Shown here: piece by piece, positions 11,544 to 20,996 of the stretch
Position numbering within the stretch: position 1 is the first letter of the stretch
Layout: each line of letters begins with the position of its first letter
DNA from: a virus
Lineage: Duplodnaviria; Caudoviricetes
Length of the DNA stretch: 64,000 nt
Reading direction: 5' to 3' (one strand)
IMG/VR virus record: IMGVR_UViG_3300037249_001405
Span: 146,317 to 210,316 of that record
Notes under the pieces: generated by a model
Database searches by the model: none
What the model was told of the DNA's origin: nothing
What the model saw: the letters and a program-made list of their open reading frames with translations, nothing else
Made by a program: the position numbers and the translations under genes

Positions 11544-12206
11544 TTACATGTACTCTGATTCAGTTCTACGATACCTTCTTAGACGGTAGTTTGATGCAAC
11601 GAGCTCTTCAAATGAAGATTCCTTGTACTCAATGTACACAGAATTAGGACCATGTTGCTCTTTCCATTCCAAGATTCTAAGTTGTTGTTCATCCCACTTC
11701 TTTTTTCTCTCCAACCATTCTGGAGTGAAATTACCGTCTTCTGGGAATTCAGGCATTTCAAGAAGAGGTTCACCATTAGGTGCATACTCAATCTTCTTTT
11801 CTGGCTCTTCATTTACAGGTTCCGGCTCTACTACCTTCTGTGAACGTTGCTTAGCTTCCTGCTTCTGAATTCTTTTCTCCTGTTCAATTCGTTTCTGATA
11901 AGAGGCCTCTGTTGAATCAACGGTTACCTCATTAGCAATCTGTGGTGCACTCTTATCTCCTCTAAGGAGGAGGTAGACTAGAAGACCACCGAGAGCCACT
12001 ATCAAGAAGATAAGAACCCAAAGTCCTTTCATCTTCTTTGTCTTCCTATGTCCTTCTCCTGTAGCTCCACCAATTGGACCATAGGTATCAGAATAGCTCC
12101 TTTCTTTCGAGACAGATTTGTCACTTACTCTGTGGCTACCTGTGCCGTTGTAATCAATCACCGCCTTCTTATTGGCGGCATTTGCTCTTGATCTTGCTCC
12201 TGCCAT
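11544..12206 (-). CDS. Single-pass membrane protein
   Basis: Hydrophobic segment GLWVLIFLIVALGGLLVYLLL after a basic stretch. Confidence 0.8.
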   Translation of the reverse strand: MAGARSRANAANKKAVIDYNGTGSHRVSDKSVSKERSYSDTYGPIGGATGEGHRKTKKMKGLWVLIFLIVALGGLLVYLLLRGDKSAPQIANEVTVDSTEASYQKRIEQEKRIQKQEAKQRSQKVVEPEPVNEEPEKKIEYAPNGEPLLEMPEFPEDGNFTPEWLERKKKWDEQQLRILEWKEQHGPNSVYIEYKESSFEELVASNYRLRRYRRTESEYM

Positions 12207-12250
12207 TTTTCTTTGTTTTTTTTTAATTAATAGTTATTATGTTTATTTAT

Positions 12251-13087
12251 TTATTCAGCAACGACAACACCAGAATCACTTCCAATGAAATCATCACCAA
12301 TTGGTTTATTTTCTATTGTAAAACCAGCTCTTATATCCAAATCTTTCAAATCAGACTCAGACATACCAAGGAGATTCATAATGAATGAATTTAGAGTTTT
12401 CTTATCTAACTCAATATGATCACGATTATGAATACCACTTTCAAACTTAATAATAAGGGTTATTTCATATTTCCCCTCTTTTCGAGATCCATTATTACCA
12501 CGAAGCAATACACCAATCTCATCTTTTGAATCTAAGATTAGACCGTTGTTATCACTGTTAACGTTAATATCGTACCTCAAAATACTTGACTGTAAAATTT
12601 TTTCTCTTACACAAGTATTCAATAGCGTATTAAAGTATTTCGGGATAATATACTTTAACATAGCCTCCACTTCTCTTTCATCATCAACCCATTTATCTGT
12701 TTCAATAAAATTTGGAGTTGACTCAGAATAGTTGTAGCGTAAAGCTTTAACCTTAATAGCTTCTGTCATTATTTTAATGACATCTGGGTCATTCATATAT
12801 GTATTAGTGAAATAAATTGGATTACTCAACAAATACATAAGAAAATCTATATTCGAAGAATCAGCTAACTCGACATAAGAGGTAATTTGAGGATATATTC
12901 TTCTATAATCTTCCTCATTTTCTCCTTTTGTTGTAGATTTAAATGAGTAAGATTCAACAAATATTGATTGATAATTATCGGAGTTGACTTTACTCAAAAC
13001 AGATTTCATAATAGACTCAGAAACATTTTCTAATTCTATTTCCACGGATCTTGTAATCCGTAATGTAGGAATTGTTCCTTCTTCCAT
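12251..13087 (-). CDS. Hypothetical protein (family with 15085-15912 and the N-terminus of 17109-19742)
   Basis: Shared IKVKALRY..PNF and IPKYFN-type blocks. Confidence 0.75.
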   Translation of the reverse strand: MEEGTIPTLRITRSVEIELENVSESIMKSVLSKVNSDNYQSIFVESYSFKSTTKGENEEDYRRIYPQITSYVELADSSNIDFLMYLLSNPIYFTNTYMNDPDVIKIMTEAIKVKALRYNYSESTPNFIETDKWVDDEREVEAMLKYIIPKYFNTLLNTCVREKILQSSILRYDINVNSDNNGLILDSKDEIGVLLRGNNGSRKEGKYEITLIIKFESGIHNRDHIELDKKTLNSFIMNLLGMSESDLKDLDIRAGFTIENKPIGDDFIGSDSGVVVAE

Positions 13088-13183
13088 TTTTTTTCATATT
13101 TAGTTAATATCGTGAAAAATAAAAAGAGAAAGTGAGTGTATGAATATAGAAACGTACACTCACTTTCTCAGTGATTAGATTTT
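13088..13183 (-). promoter_or_regulatory. Promoter-hairpin-U-box leader, copy 6
   Basis: AAAATCTAATCACTGAG, 15-bp stem 13126-13169, TTTTTATTTTTCACGATATTAA. Confidence 0.8.
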
Positions 13184-13187
13184 GAGA

Positions 13188-15059
13188 CTATTTCAAATTC
13201 TCAGCAAATTCTCTAATTACGCTGGCATCCTCATCAGAGAAGTCAGCATAATCTACTATTTTTTCTTTTATCAATTTTAGAATAATAGTAAGAGATTCAT
13301 CGTCAAACTGAGGCTCATCATAATCTTCCTCATCCTCTGGATCTACATAAGAGAGAACCCATTCAATATGGTCTGTGTCTCTTGTTTCAAACCATACATC
13401 TCTTGCGAGACATTTAGTTTTGGTAAGTTTAATTACCTCACGATACATAAACTTACCATTTCTCAAGTCCTCCGGAGTAACGTTTGGAAGATTTGAAATT
13501 AAATTAAGATCAATCAATACTCCATTAGAAGGCATTTGATAATCAACTTCAATCTTAGAAAGACTAGAATTTAACCAACCTTTCTTATTCTTCAATGAAT
13601 CAAGAACCTTTTCATCACGGAAAATAATCCTCTCTAATTCACTGTAATCAAGATTCATATATTTACCGTACAAAGAATACAAAGAGTCTTCTTTGTAATA
13701 GATAATACGAGAATCAGATTTAGCTGAAAAATCAAAATCTACACCCTTGAATGCTTCTGGGATAGGAGTTAAACTACCACTCCTAACCACTTGCTGAAGA
13801 AGCTGTTGATTTCCTACTACCCCTTCGCAATCTGGTTCAAATAAATCATTTAAGCTCAAATGATTATCGCTTAGAGCGAGTGGAATGCTCTCGAATATAG
13901 AGATATGACCTTCCCAAAGCTCAAGTACAAGATTAATTTCATCAAGACAAGCCTTATATGAATTATACATGTTTAACGCTTTGGATCCAAATTTCATATC
14001 ACCAAGATTATCAATCATAGTATTAACCCAGGTATATTCACCCATCAAGATAGACTTAGCCATAGAAATCTTCTCACCTAAGTCATATTCTTCTATTGAT
14101 CCTGTATTTTGGTCAATACTTTTATAAAGATTCACTTTAATAAATCCATGATCATAGGTAATATAACCTTTCGATTGCGGATTTATTATGATGAAACCAG
14201 AAGCAGGTGTAGTCTTGTCAATCATATAATTATAGCGATTAACTCCACCTTCAATAACATAAGTTGGGAAATAAAGCCATTTACTCCAACCTCTATCATT
14301 GAGAGCTTCTCTATATACCCAGAGAGATTCTAATGCTTTGGTATTAGCTGTAAGACTTTCTCTCCAATCGAGACGATCAATGTCAGGAAATCTCATTACT
14401 GGACAATGATTATCCTCACCAGGATGATTTGTGAACATAAACGAGTCAATTCGACCCCTGTATGGATCAAACATACCAATACCAGGGAGGAATTTACCTG
14501 ATGTTCTCATAGCGATGACCCACTTCTTCAATAGATCAAATATTCGATCATCAGTTGGTGTTTCATCAAATTTGATTTTATCAAAATCAGCTTTAAATGT
14601 TGGATTGTCTCCTTCATAATCAAGCCAACTTTCTTCATCGAAAAATCCCGATTCTACAAAATCATAATTCAACGAAGTTCCACCTATTTCAGATTCACCA
14701 GGACCAACCGCATGAATCTGATTAGGAACATACACGTAGTCCCTACCATTTTTAAACCTAAGAATGATAGGCTGTTTGCTTTCTTTATCCTTAACACAAA
14801 TATTCTTTGAGATCCGCGTTACTGGATATTGAAGGTAGTGATCAACTACCTTAGCCGCATCATATTGGTCAGGAATATTATTCTCTTTACAGAGAATATC
14901 TTTCATCCAACCTTCACCCTTCAACTCTGTTTGAATTGAGGAGTAAAGCTCTTTCTTCTCATTATCTGAAGTAATCATGAAAGAGAGAGCTGTAATCGAG
15001 GGTATTAAATACCCAACATATGCTCTGGACTCTTCTACGTCCACGTGTTTTGTTGCCAT
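13188..15059 (-). CDS. Hypothetical protein
   Basis: 623-aa ORF. Confidence 0.8.
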   Translation of the reverse strand: MATKHVDVEESRAYVGYLIPSITALSFMITSDNEKKELYSSIQTELKGEGWMKDILCKENNIPDQYDAAKVVDHYLQYPVTRISKNICVKDKESKQPIILRFKNGRDYVYVPNQIHAVGPGESEIGGTSLNYDFVESGFFDEESWLDYEGDNPTFKADFDKIKFDETPTDDRIFDLLKKWVIAMRTSGKFLPGIGMFDPYRGRIDSFMFTNHPGEDNHCPVMRFPDIDRLDWRESLTANTKALESLWVYREALNDRGWSKWLYFPTYVIEGGVNRYNYMIDKTTPASGFIIINPQSKGYITYDHGFIKVNLYKSIDQNTGSIEEYDLGEKISMAKSILMGEYTWVNTMIDNLGDMKFGSKALNMYNSYKACLDEINLVLELWEGHISIFESIPLALSDNHLSLNDLFEPDCEGVVGNQQLLQQVVRSGSLTPIPEAFKGVDFDFSAKSDSRIIYYKEDSLYSLYGKYMNLDYSELERIIFRDEKVLDSLKNKKGWLNSSLSKIEVDYQMPSNGVLIDLNLISNLPNVTPEDLRNGKFMYREVIKLTKTKCLARDVWFETRDTDHIEWVLSYVDPEDEEDYDEPQFDDESLTIILKLIKEKIVDYADFSDEDASVIREFAENLK

Positions 15060-15084
15060 AATTATTAATTGTTGTGTTTTTTTT

Positions 15085-15912
15085 TTATTTATTATTTCTA
15101 TAAATTAAAGCTGAAAATCCGGAATAATCTACCATTACAGCAGGATTGTAATCAGTACCTGCTAATTCTTTATCTTGAATTCCAAGATACTCCTCAAATA
15201 TAATTTTATACAAATCATTAATATCGAGGCTGATTTTATCAAGAACTTCAAGTTCAACAAAAAGAGAAGATCGGTTGTTGTTTCCTCTTTTCTTTTCATT
15301 GGACGAGAACATTGCTCTATTCTCACCTAGTATTCCAGAATGGATAACGTGATTCAAATTCTTGAATACTACACTTGAAGTTTGATTATCTTCAACTCTA
15401 GCATAATTTTTTGACATAGAATTGAACCACATAGGAAGTTTCTCGTTTAAGAACTTATGAATAACCTCATCTTTCTCGTATTTTGTATCCAAAACAGGGA
15501 AATTAGGCTCCAAAAGTCTGAACCAGTAAGTCAAAGATTCTATTTTCATAGCTGCTTCAACTTTTTCATCCCACCTACGCCAGTTATTAACTCCTACTCC
15601 AAAATAATATGGAGTATAAAGGAAATGCTGAATAAAATCAGTGCGATCTTTGTAATCAATTGAACCACAAGCATTCAAGAACTCATCCACGTTCAAGTCT
15701 GCGCTCAACCTAACCATCCTTGATTGTCTATTTGAATCAATAGACTCGAATAGGTATGATTCTGTAGTAGACAGTTTAGTTAGTTTACTACAACGAAACA
15801 GATGCTGAATTCCTGCTTCAGCCTGTTCTCGATCGAGTTTGTTTACAAAAACTCGAATCAAATCGCCTTTGTTTACGTTTACGGCGATATTTGTCATTTT
15901 TTCTGATGACAT
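15085..15912 (-). CDS. Hypothetical protein (paralog of 12251-13087)
   Basis: HFLYTPYYF/YLLSNPIYF, MKIESLTY..PNF, LPMWFN. Confidence 0.75.
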   Translation of the reverse strand: MSSEKMTNIAVNVNKGDLIRVFVNKLDREQAEAGIQHLFRCSKLTKLSTTESYLFESIDSNRQSRMVRLSADLNVDEFLNACGSIDYKDRTDFIQHFLYTPYYFGVGVNNWRRWDEKVEAAMKIESLTYWFRLLEPNFPVLDTKYEKDEVIHKFLNEKLPMWFNSMSKNYARVEDNQTSSVVFKNLNHVIHSGILGENRAMFSSNEKKRGNNNRSSLFVELEVLDKISLDINDLYKIIFEEYLGIQDKELAGTDYNPAVMVDYSGFSALIYRNNK

Positions 15913-15987
15913 AATTGATAAGTGTTTAGTTAATAATGATAATTTATTTTTTTTGTTCTTTTATTAGATTTTGAAGGGACAAAAAAA

Positions 15988-16025
15988 GTAACTGATAATT
16001 AGATTTTTTTCTAATTATCAGTTAA
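15988..16025. terminator. Intrinsic terminator
   Basis: TAACTGATAATTAGA/TCTAATTATCAGTTA inverted repeat next to an A-tract. Confidence 0.7.
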
Positions 16026-16029
16026 TCTA

Positions 16030-16212
16030 CTACTCTTTTGTTGGGGTAGTAGTTTTCTTAGCTCGGCTGTAGAGATCATTTACGTGAGCTTGCGCACGCT
16101 CTCTGATAGCTTTGCTAATTTCTTCCTCACTTGGTGAAGAAGGATGTCCAATTGCACTTACTTTAGGTTTAGGTGTAATTGGAGTAGTTCTTTTCATTAA
16201 ATATTTTTCCAT
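16030..16212 (-). CDS. Small hypothetical protein
   Basis: 60-aa ORF with own promoter motif AAAAACCTAATAAATGAA (16251-16268) and a terminator. Confidence 0.6.
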   Translation of the reverse strand: MEKYLMKRTTPITPKPKVSAIGHPSSPSEEEISKAIRERAQAHVNDLYSRAKKTTTPTKE

Positions 16213-16281
16213 TTTAATAATTTTTTATTTATTATTAATAAAGATTTTAATTCATTTATTAGGTTTTTAAGGGAGCAAAAA

Positions 16282-16394
16282 AAATATTACCAATAACCAC
16301 TTAAGCTACCGACGCTTTTCAGGGCATCAGGTCCGAGTTGAACGGACTACTCTCGTTTTTCACGCGAGCGCTTCACCGATTATTGGTAATATTT
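16282..16394 (-). ncRNA. Circularly permuted tRNA-Phe(GAA)-like RNA inside a 17-bp closing stem
   Basis: Minus strand: GGTG-AAGC-G-CTCGC-GTGAAAA-ACGAG-AGTA-GTCCG-TTCAACT-CGGAC-CTGATGC-[CCTGAAAA]-GCGTCGG-TA-GCTT-AAGT; all four tRNA stems pair. Confidence 0.8.
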
Positions 16395-16600
16395 CTCTCA
16401 CGGAGGCATCGATACCTCATCAAATACGTAGCATAAGCTAGTTATGATCTCTTGCGTGAAATTTTCTCATTTTTGTTTCGGATATTATTTGATTTATCCA
16501 GGCAGTATCAGAGAACAATCACTCTGCCTTTAATTTTTTTTTTTGATTTTTGCAAACCCGCGGTTCATCACCGCGGGTTAATCAAAATGATACCCACTCA

Positions 16601-16945
16601 CTACTCCAGGCGCATCTTTACCCAGAGGCATTCTGCCTCCTTGGGCAGCTCTGTAGTGCCATTAGGCAATCTAACGGGAGTCGGAGGAACGAACTGGTAT
16701 ACCCAGAACTCGTCCCCCCTTTGGGGTCGGAACTGACGGCGTGCCGTATCACACGGCACGCCTGCTCTTGCTGCGGTGTCGGGGTGGCCGACATAACTGT
16801 CGACCTCATCGTCCTCACCAAAAGGACGGTGATCTCCAGGCTTAACCTCAAGAGGTTTAAAAACTGGAATCTGATCAGCCCCTACCAGCTCCTTCAAAGG
16901 GAGCATATTGAGGCTGATCGAATTTACTATTACGATCTTTGACAT
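16601..16945 (-). CDS. acrIII-1: AcrIII-1-like (DUF1874 / STIV B116 / YddF family) cyclic-oligoadenylate ring nuclease
   Basis: NSISLNML, SYVGHPDTA (catalytic His motif), GDEFWVYQ, RLPNGTTELP; 114 aa. Confidence 0.75.
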   Translation of the reverse strand: MSKIVIVNSISLNMLPLKELVGADQIPVFKPLEVKPGDHRPFGEDDEVDSYVGHPDTAARAGVPCDTARRQFRPQRGDEFWVYQFVPPTPVRLPNGTTELPKEAECLWVKMRLE

Positions 16946-17002
16946 AGTGTAGTTTTTTTAAAGTTAATAAAAAAATTATTTGTATTCAATAATAAGGCTT
17001 TT
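16946..17002 (-). promoter_or_regulatory. Phage promoter (hairpin-less subtype)
   Basis: AAAAGCCTTATTATTGAATACAAA; nearly the same as the promoter at 41001-41024. Confidence 0.65.
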
Positions 17003-17042
17003 AAGAATTCTTATGCGGAATTTCCATTATCGCAAAAAAAAA

Positions 17043-17072
17043 GAAAAGACGATATTTAAATATCGTCTTTTC
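17043..17072. terminator. Intrinsic terminator
   Basis: GAAAAGACGATATTT/AAATATCGTCTTTTC palindrome next to an A-tract. Confidence 0.7.
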
Positions 17073-17108
17073 CAATTAACTACATGTTTGAGGGCATATT
17101 GTAATTAA

Positions 17109-19742
17109 CTAATTATTCATTGATTTTATAGCTTCATCGGCTACTTTGTTAATGGCCTCGACTGCAGCAACAGCTTTCTCATCAATTGCATAATCATCTA
17201 CCTGAATATTATTATTCCTCTTATAAAAATCCTCCATACAAGCTGGAGGAACAAACATAAAACTATTCATTAAAACATAATCTTTAATTGAATTTTTATT
17301 GTTTGTATCCTTGTCATTTCTATCACATATTTGATACTGAAGTGCTGCTTTTGTAAAATCAAACCCACTTGCATAAAAATCAGGAACAACGGGCTTAACT
17401 CCGGCCTCTTCAAAGAGGTGAGTTGAACATTTCCATTGTTCAAAAACTGATGGAGTAATTTCAAATTCAGTATAATTATCTATGTCCAGGATTCTGTAAA
17501 TATTATTAATTACTTCACCTAGGTTAATGTAAAGATATGCTTCATTATTACTCAACTTACTAACCTGTTCCTCTCGATAAATATAATATTTAGTAACACC
17601 ATTCTTGATATCATCGAGTGTTACCTTATATTTACCATATGTTTTAATAGCATCATAAACCCTTTGCCAATTATTATAATAAAGCGTATTAATCAAATCA
17701 GTGTCAAAGTTTAACCTTGATTTATGAACCTTATTATAAAATTCTGTTACGCCCCAGCTCGGTGAAGGAACATAAGCATATTTAATGAGATAATTAGCTA
17801 TAACACATTCACATGTTCCTCTAGGATCATCAAGAGCTCGTTTAACTAAGTTATGAAGTTCTTCTGCCCATGTAACTGAGTTAACCTGATCTATATCGTT
17901 CAAAGTGAATTTAACCCCGAATAATCGATACCTTCTATACTCATTTATGTATTCAGCGGACTCTGCATCAATATCGAAAAGATCTTTTAATAGTTTATTA
18001 TATACCTCTACAGTATTACAAACATAAACCTCTTCCGTGCTTAAACGTCCTCCTTTTACATAATTATAAACATTAAAGTAATATTTATCGGATACTATAT
18101 CTCGGACTTTCATCCAATTTTCTTTATAGTTTTCCGTAAAATACTCCTTTATCTTGTCTAAGAATTTATCACAGAAATTCCAGATACAATCATCTCCATA
18201 CTTTTCATAAAAATCCTTCATAGATTTTCCGATAATTTTGGATCTTTTTGTATTAGTATCGGATAGAGTTACTTGATCATACGCCCCTTTAATAATAGTA
18301 TCAATATTACCTGAGAGTGTCCAGTTTGATTCTTCCTTCTGATCACACATAGCTGATTTTAAATAATCATCTATATTAAGAGGTGGTGCAAACATGAGGG
18401 TATGTATTAAGTCTGTAGTCTTAATATCACTACCATCCATTGGAATAGGCGTAGGATCATTACCAGCCTCTAACCACTCTCGCTCTATCTTACCCCAAAT
18501 TTCAAAATCTGTAGGAGTAATGGTTCTCTTTGAGAAATGCTCATCAAAATAGTCAAAATAATAGCTATAACCTTTTGATGGCTTTTCCAATGCACAATTA
18601 GCAAAAGCTAAATCAGATGGTGTAATGACATAACTATGAGTCTTCATCTTCATAGCTGTTTCCACAACTTCCCACTTTTTCTTAAAAAGATCAGAAGCTT
18701 TGATCATTCTTAATTTAGTCTTGGTAAATTCAAGATCATCTTTGGAAGGTGTTTTTTCTTTCTCTCTCTTTTCATACTCTTCCATACTCATTCCAGTCTT
18801 TCCAAGATAGTTCAAGAAATCATCAAGCTCATTTCTGTGTGGATTTAAAGGTTCTGGTTCTGGAGTATCTTCTACCTTAGTAATTGTTTTAGTGAGAGAA
18901 TCATTAGAATAAATCCTGGATTTAATATCCATTGGATTTTCAAACTCCTTAATATAATTAACCCTAGCTGTATTAACGTCATTAAACCACGTAATAGTTT
19001 TGCTATAGTTAGCTATATCATCATCTGTTAATTTAAATCCGATATTAGTAATAGCCGTAAATATCTTCTCTAAATAAACTGGTTTAAATTTTTCTAAATC
19101 ATCAGTAACATCAATATCAAACTCAAATACAGCATTAACGTCCTTATCATCCTCCTTAATAAAATACCAATCACATGTAATATCAGAATCCAAAGAATAG
19201 AAATGGAGCTTACGTGTATTTGTATATTTTAATACTGTAGAATATTCATTCATAAAATGAATATAGCTTGAAATTTTTCTAGTAGACGACCACAGACCAG
19301 AGGGCATACTTAGCTTTCTAGTATGATCATCAAACCAGTTAGGTACTGTTTCTGGATTAAATATACAAGTAACCGGTAAGAATTGCTGAGATTGATCCCT
19401 TAAGTACTCGTATTCAATCTGCTTAATTTCTATACCACCATCTTTTTGCAGAGTTGATGCACTATCCTCATGAAGCGAAAAAATAGATTTATAGTCTATT
19501 TTATTATTCACAAAGAACCTAATCACATCCTTAACCTTTTGTTCGTCTGTGCTACCCTCTTTAAGTTTGTCAGAAAATGTAGTAGTAACATTCAGAGTAA
19601 CTAAACTACCATTCTCCTTGTAATCAAAAGTTTCCTTTAATGTAATAGGAAACTCATTCACTTTCGTAAAGCTAGTAAAAAATACATTAACTAATGTATC
19701 AAGCTCCACCTTAGGAATAGTTAATCTTGCTTTTCTAATCAT
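17109..19742 (-). CDS. Large hypothetical protein
   Basis: 877-aa ORF; N-terminal region resembles the 12251/15085 family (IEIKQIEY, VPNWFD). Confidence 0.8.
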   Translation of the reverse strand: MIRKARLTIPKVELDTLVNVFFTSFTKVNEFPITLKETFDYKENGSLVTLNVTTTFSDKLKEGSTDEQKVKDVIRFFVNNKIDYKSIFSLHEDSASTLQKDGGIEIKQIEYEYLRDQSQQFLPVTCIFNPETVPNWFDDHTRKLSMPSGLWSSTRKISSYIHFMNEYSTVLKYTNTRKLHFYSLDSDITCDWYFIKEDDKDVNAVFEFDIDVTDDLEKFKPVYLEKIFTAITNIGFKLTDDDIANYSKTITWFNDVNTARVNYIKEFENPMDIKSRIYSNDSLTKTITKVEDTPEPEPLNPHRNELDDFLNYLGKTGMSMEEYEKREKEKTPSKDDLEFTKTKLRMIKASDLFKKKWEVVETAMKMKTHSYVITPSDLAFANCALEKPSKGYSYYFDYFDEHFSKRTITPTDFEIWGKIEREWLEAGNDPTPIPMDGSDIKTTDLIHTLMFAPPLNIDDYLKSAMCDQKEESNWTLSGNIDTIIKGAYDQVTLSDTNTKRSKIIGKSMKDFYEKYGDDCIWNFCDKFLDKIKEYFTENYKENWMKVRDIVSDKYYFNVYNYVKGGRLSTEEVYVCNTVEVYNKLLKDLFDIDAESAEYINEYRRYRLFGVKFTLNDIDQVNSVTWAEELHNLVKRALDDPRGTCECVIANYLIKYAYVPSPSWGVTEFYNKVHKSRLNFDTDLINTLYYNNWQRVYDAIKTYGKYKVTLDDIKNGVTKYYIYREEQVSKLSNNEAYLYINLGEVINNIYRILDIDNYTEFEITPSVFEQWKCSTHLFEEAGVKPVVPDFYASGFDFTKAALQYQICDRNDKDTNNKNSIKDYVLMNSFMFVPPACMEDFYKRNNNIQVDDYAIDEKAVAAVEAINKVADEAIKSMNN

Positions 19743-19840
19743 ATTAAATCATGTTTTTTATTATACTTTCAATAATAATAGTTTTAGACCACTAATAGCG
19801 TGAAAGTCTTAGTTACGAACACTAAAAATAAAACACTAAT

Positions 19841-20575
19841 ATGGATAGACTTCTTATGTTTTGCGGTGATGTACATGGTTATATCACTGCATTAGTCAAT
19901 CGACTATGTTGTGAAATGCAACTAAATCACGTTGATTGTATAGTCTGTGGAGATTTTGGTATCGGCTTTGACAAAAGCTGGGAGAATCTCTACAACAAAA
20001 TTGAACCTAAGCTTAAAAAAGCGGATGTTCATATTTGGGTTGTAAGGGGCAACCACGATAATCCTGAATATTTTGAAGATGAAACAAGATATTCAAAAGA
20101 TTATGTAACTTTTATGGAGGATTATAAACTCTATAAAATTGCAGAAAAAGAAATACTTCCCGTCGGAGGAGCTACTTCTGTTGACAAAAAGTTGAGGGAA
20201 GAAGGCAAAAACTGGTGGCCTGGTGAAAAAATTAAGAGGGTAGATATAAAGACATTACCTACAAAGGTTGATGTAATTGTATCACATCAATGCCCATTGA
20301 TTTTTGACCCAATTACAGTTAAATTGGATGACGATGATGATATTTATGAGGAAGTTACAGAGGAACGTAACTATCTTAACGAAATCGCATTCAATGTAAA
20401 AGCTGAATACTGGTATTATGGTCATCACCATACACATTATTCTGGAGAATATAAAGACATGAAATGGATATGTCTTGGTATTTCTAATCGTAGGGATCTT
20501 CGACCTGAACTTGACTATTATAAAGAAAGAGAAGATTTCGAGCCGAATCCTCAAGGGGAAGACTCAAAACCTTAA
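19841..20575 (+). CDS. Calcineurin-like metallophosphoesterase
   Basis: GDVHG, GDFG, GNHD, SH and GHHH motifs. Confidence 0.92.
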   Translation: MDRLLMFCGDVHGYITALVNRLCCEMQLNHVDCIVCGDFGIGFDKSWENLYNKIEPKLKKADVHIWVVRGNHDNPEYFEDETRYSKDYVTFMEDYKLYKIAEKEILPVGGATSVDKKLREEGKNWWPGEKIKRVDIKTLPTKVDVIVSHQCPLIFDPITVKLDDDDDIYEEVTEERNYLNEIAFNVKAEYWYYGHHHTHYSGEYKDMKWICLGISNRRDLRPELDYYKEREDFEPNPQGEDSKP

Positions 20576-20672
20576 TAATGAAATAATGAAGATATAAATA
20601 TAAATGTATCTTCATTATTTCTTTTTCTTTTACTATCTAAACATATTATTAACAAAAAAAAACTATTCAATT
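20566..20672 (+). promoter_or_regulatory. Promoter-hairpin-U-box leader, copy 7 (divergent box)
   Basis: AAAACCTTAATAATGAA, stem 20580-20621, T-tract. Confidence 0.7.
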
Positions 20673-20993
20673 ATGAAATATTTGAGACATATTTTGAATA
20701 TTTTCCTGCTGTTTATTACATTACCGTGTAGAGCAGCAGGATTAATACTGGCAGTTCGCATGCCAGTAGGATATAACAAACTCACACAAGAGTTTGTTTA
20801 CCTTCATAGATGGTTTGACTTTACAGGTCTCATTTATGAAGCTTTAGATCTTCTTCCTGAAGACGAGGATGGAGTATCCGCTCCTGTAACCCTCGTAGTT
20901 ATCGATCTCAAAAAAATTGATAAGGAGAAGGTTAAAATCTACAAATCATTCGACGAATTTGTAGATGAAAATTGTAAACTTGAGTTGAAATAA
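20673..20993 (+). CDS. Hypothetical membrane-associated protein
   Basis: Start moved to ATG 20673, downstream of the leader; hydrophobic N-terminus. Confidence 0.65.
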   Translation: MKYLRHILNIFLLFITLPCRAAGLILAVRMPVGYNKLTQEFVYLHRWFDFTGLIYEALDLLPEDEDGVSAPVTLVVIDLKKIDKEKVKIYKSFDEFVDENCKLELK

Positions 20994-20996
20994 GCT

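Noticed and set aside
16400-16510. Hammerhead ribozyme upstream of the permuted tRNA (TGATGA...GAAA)
   Set aside because: The core CUGANGA is imperfect and stems I and III could not be built
16452-16942. Alternative ORFs 16452-16736, 16550-16942 and 16618-16851
   Set aside because: Shadow frames of the GC-rich acrIII-1 gene, which has the promoter, leader and family motifs
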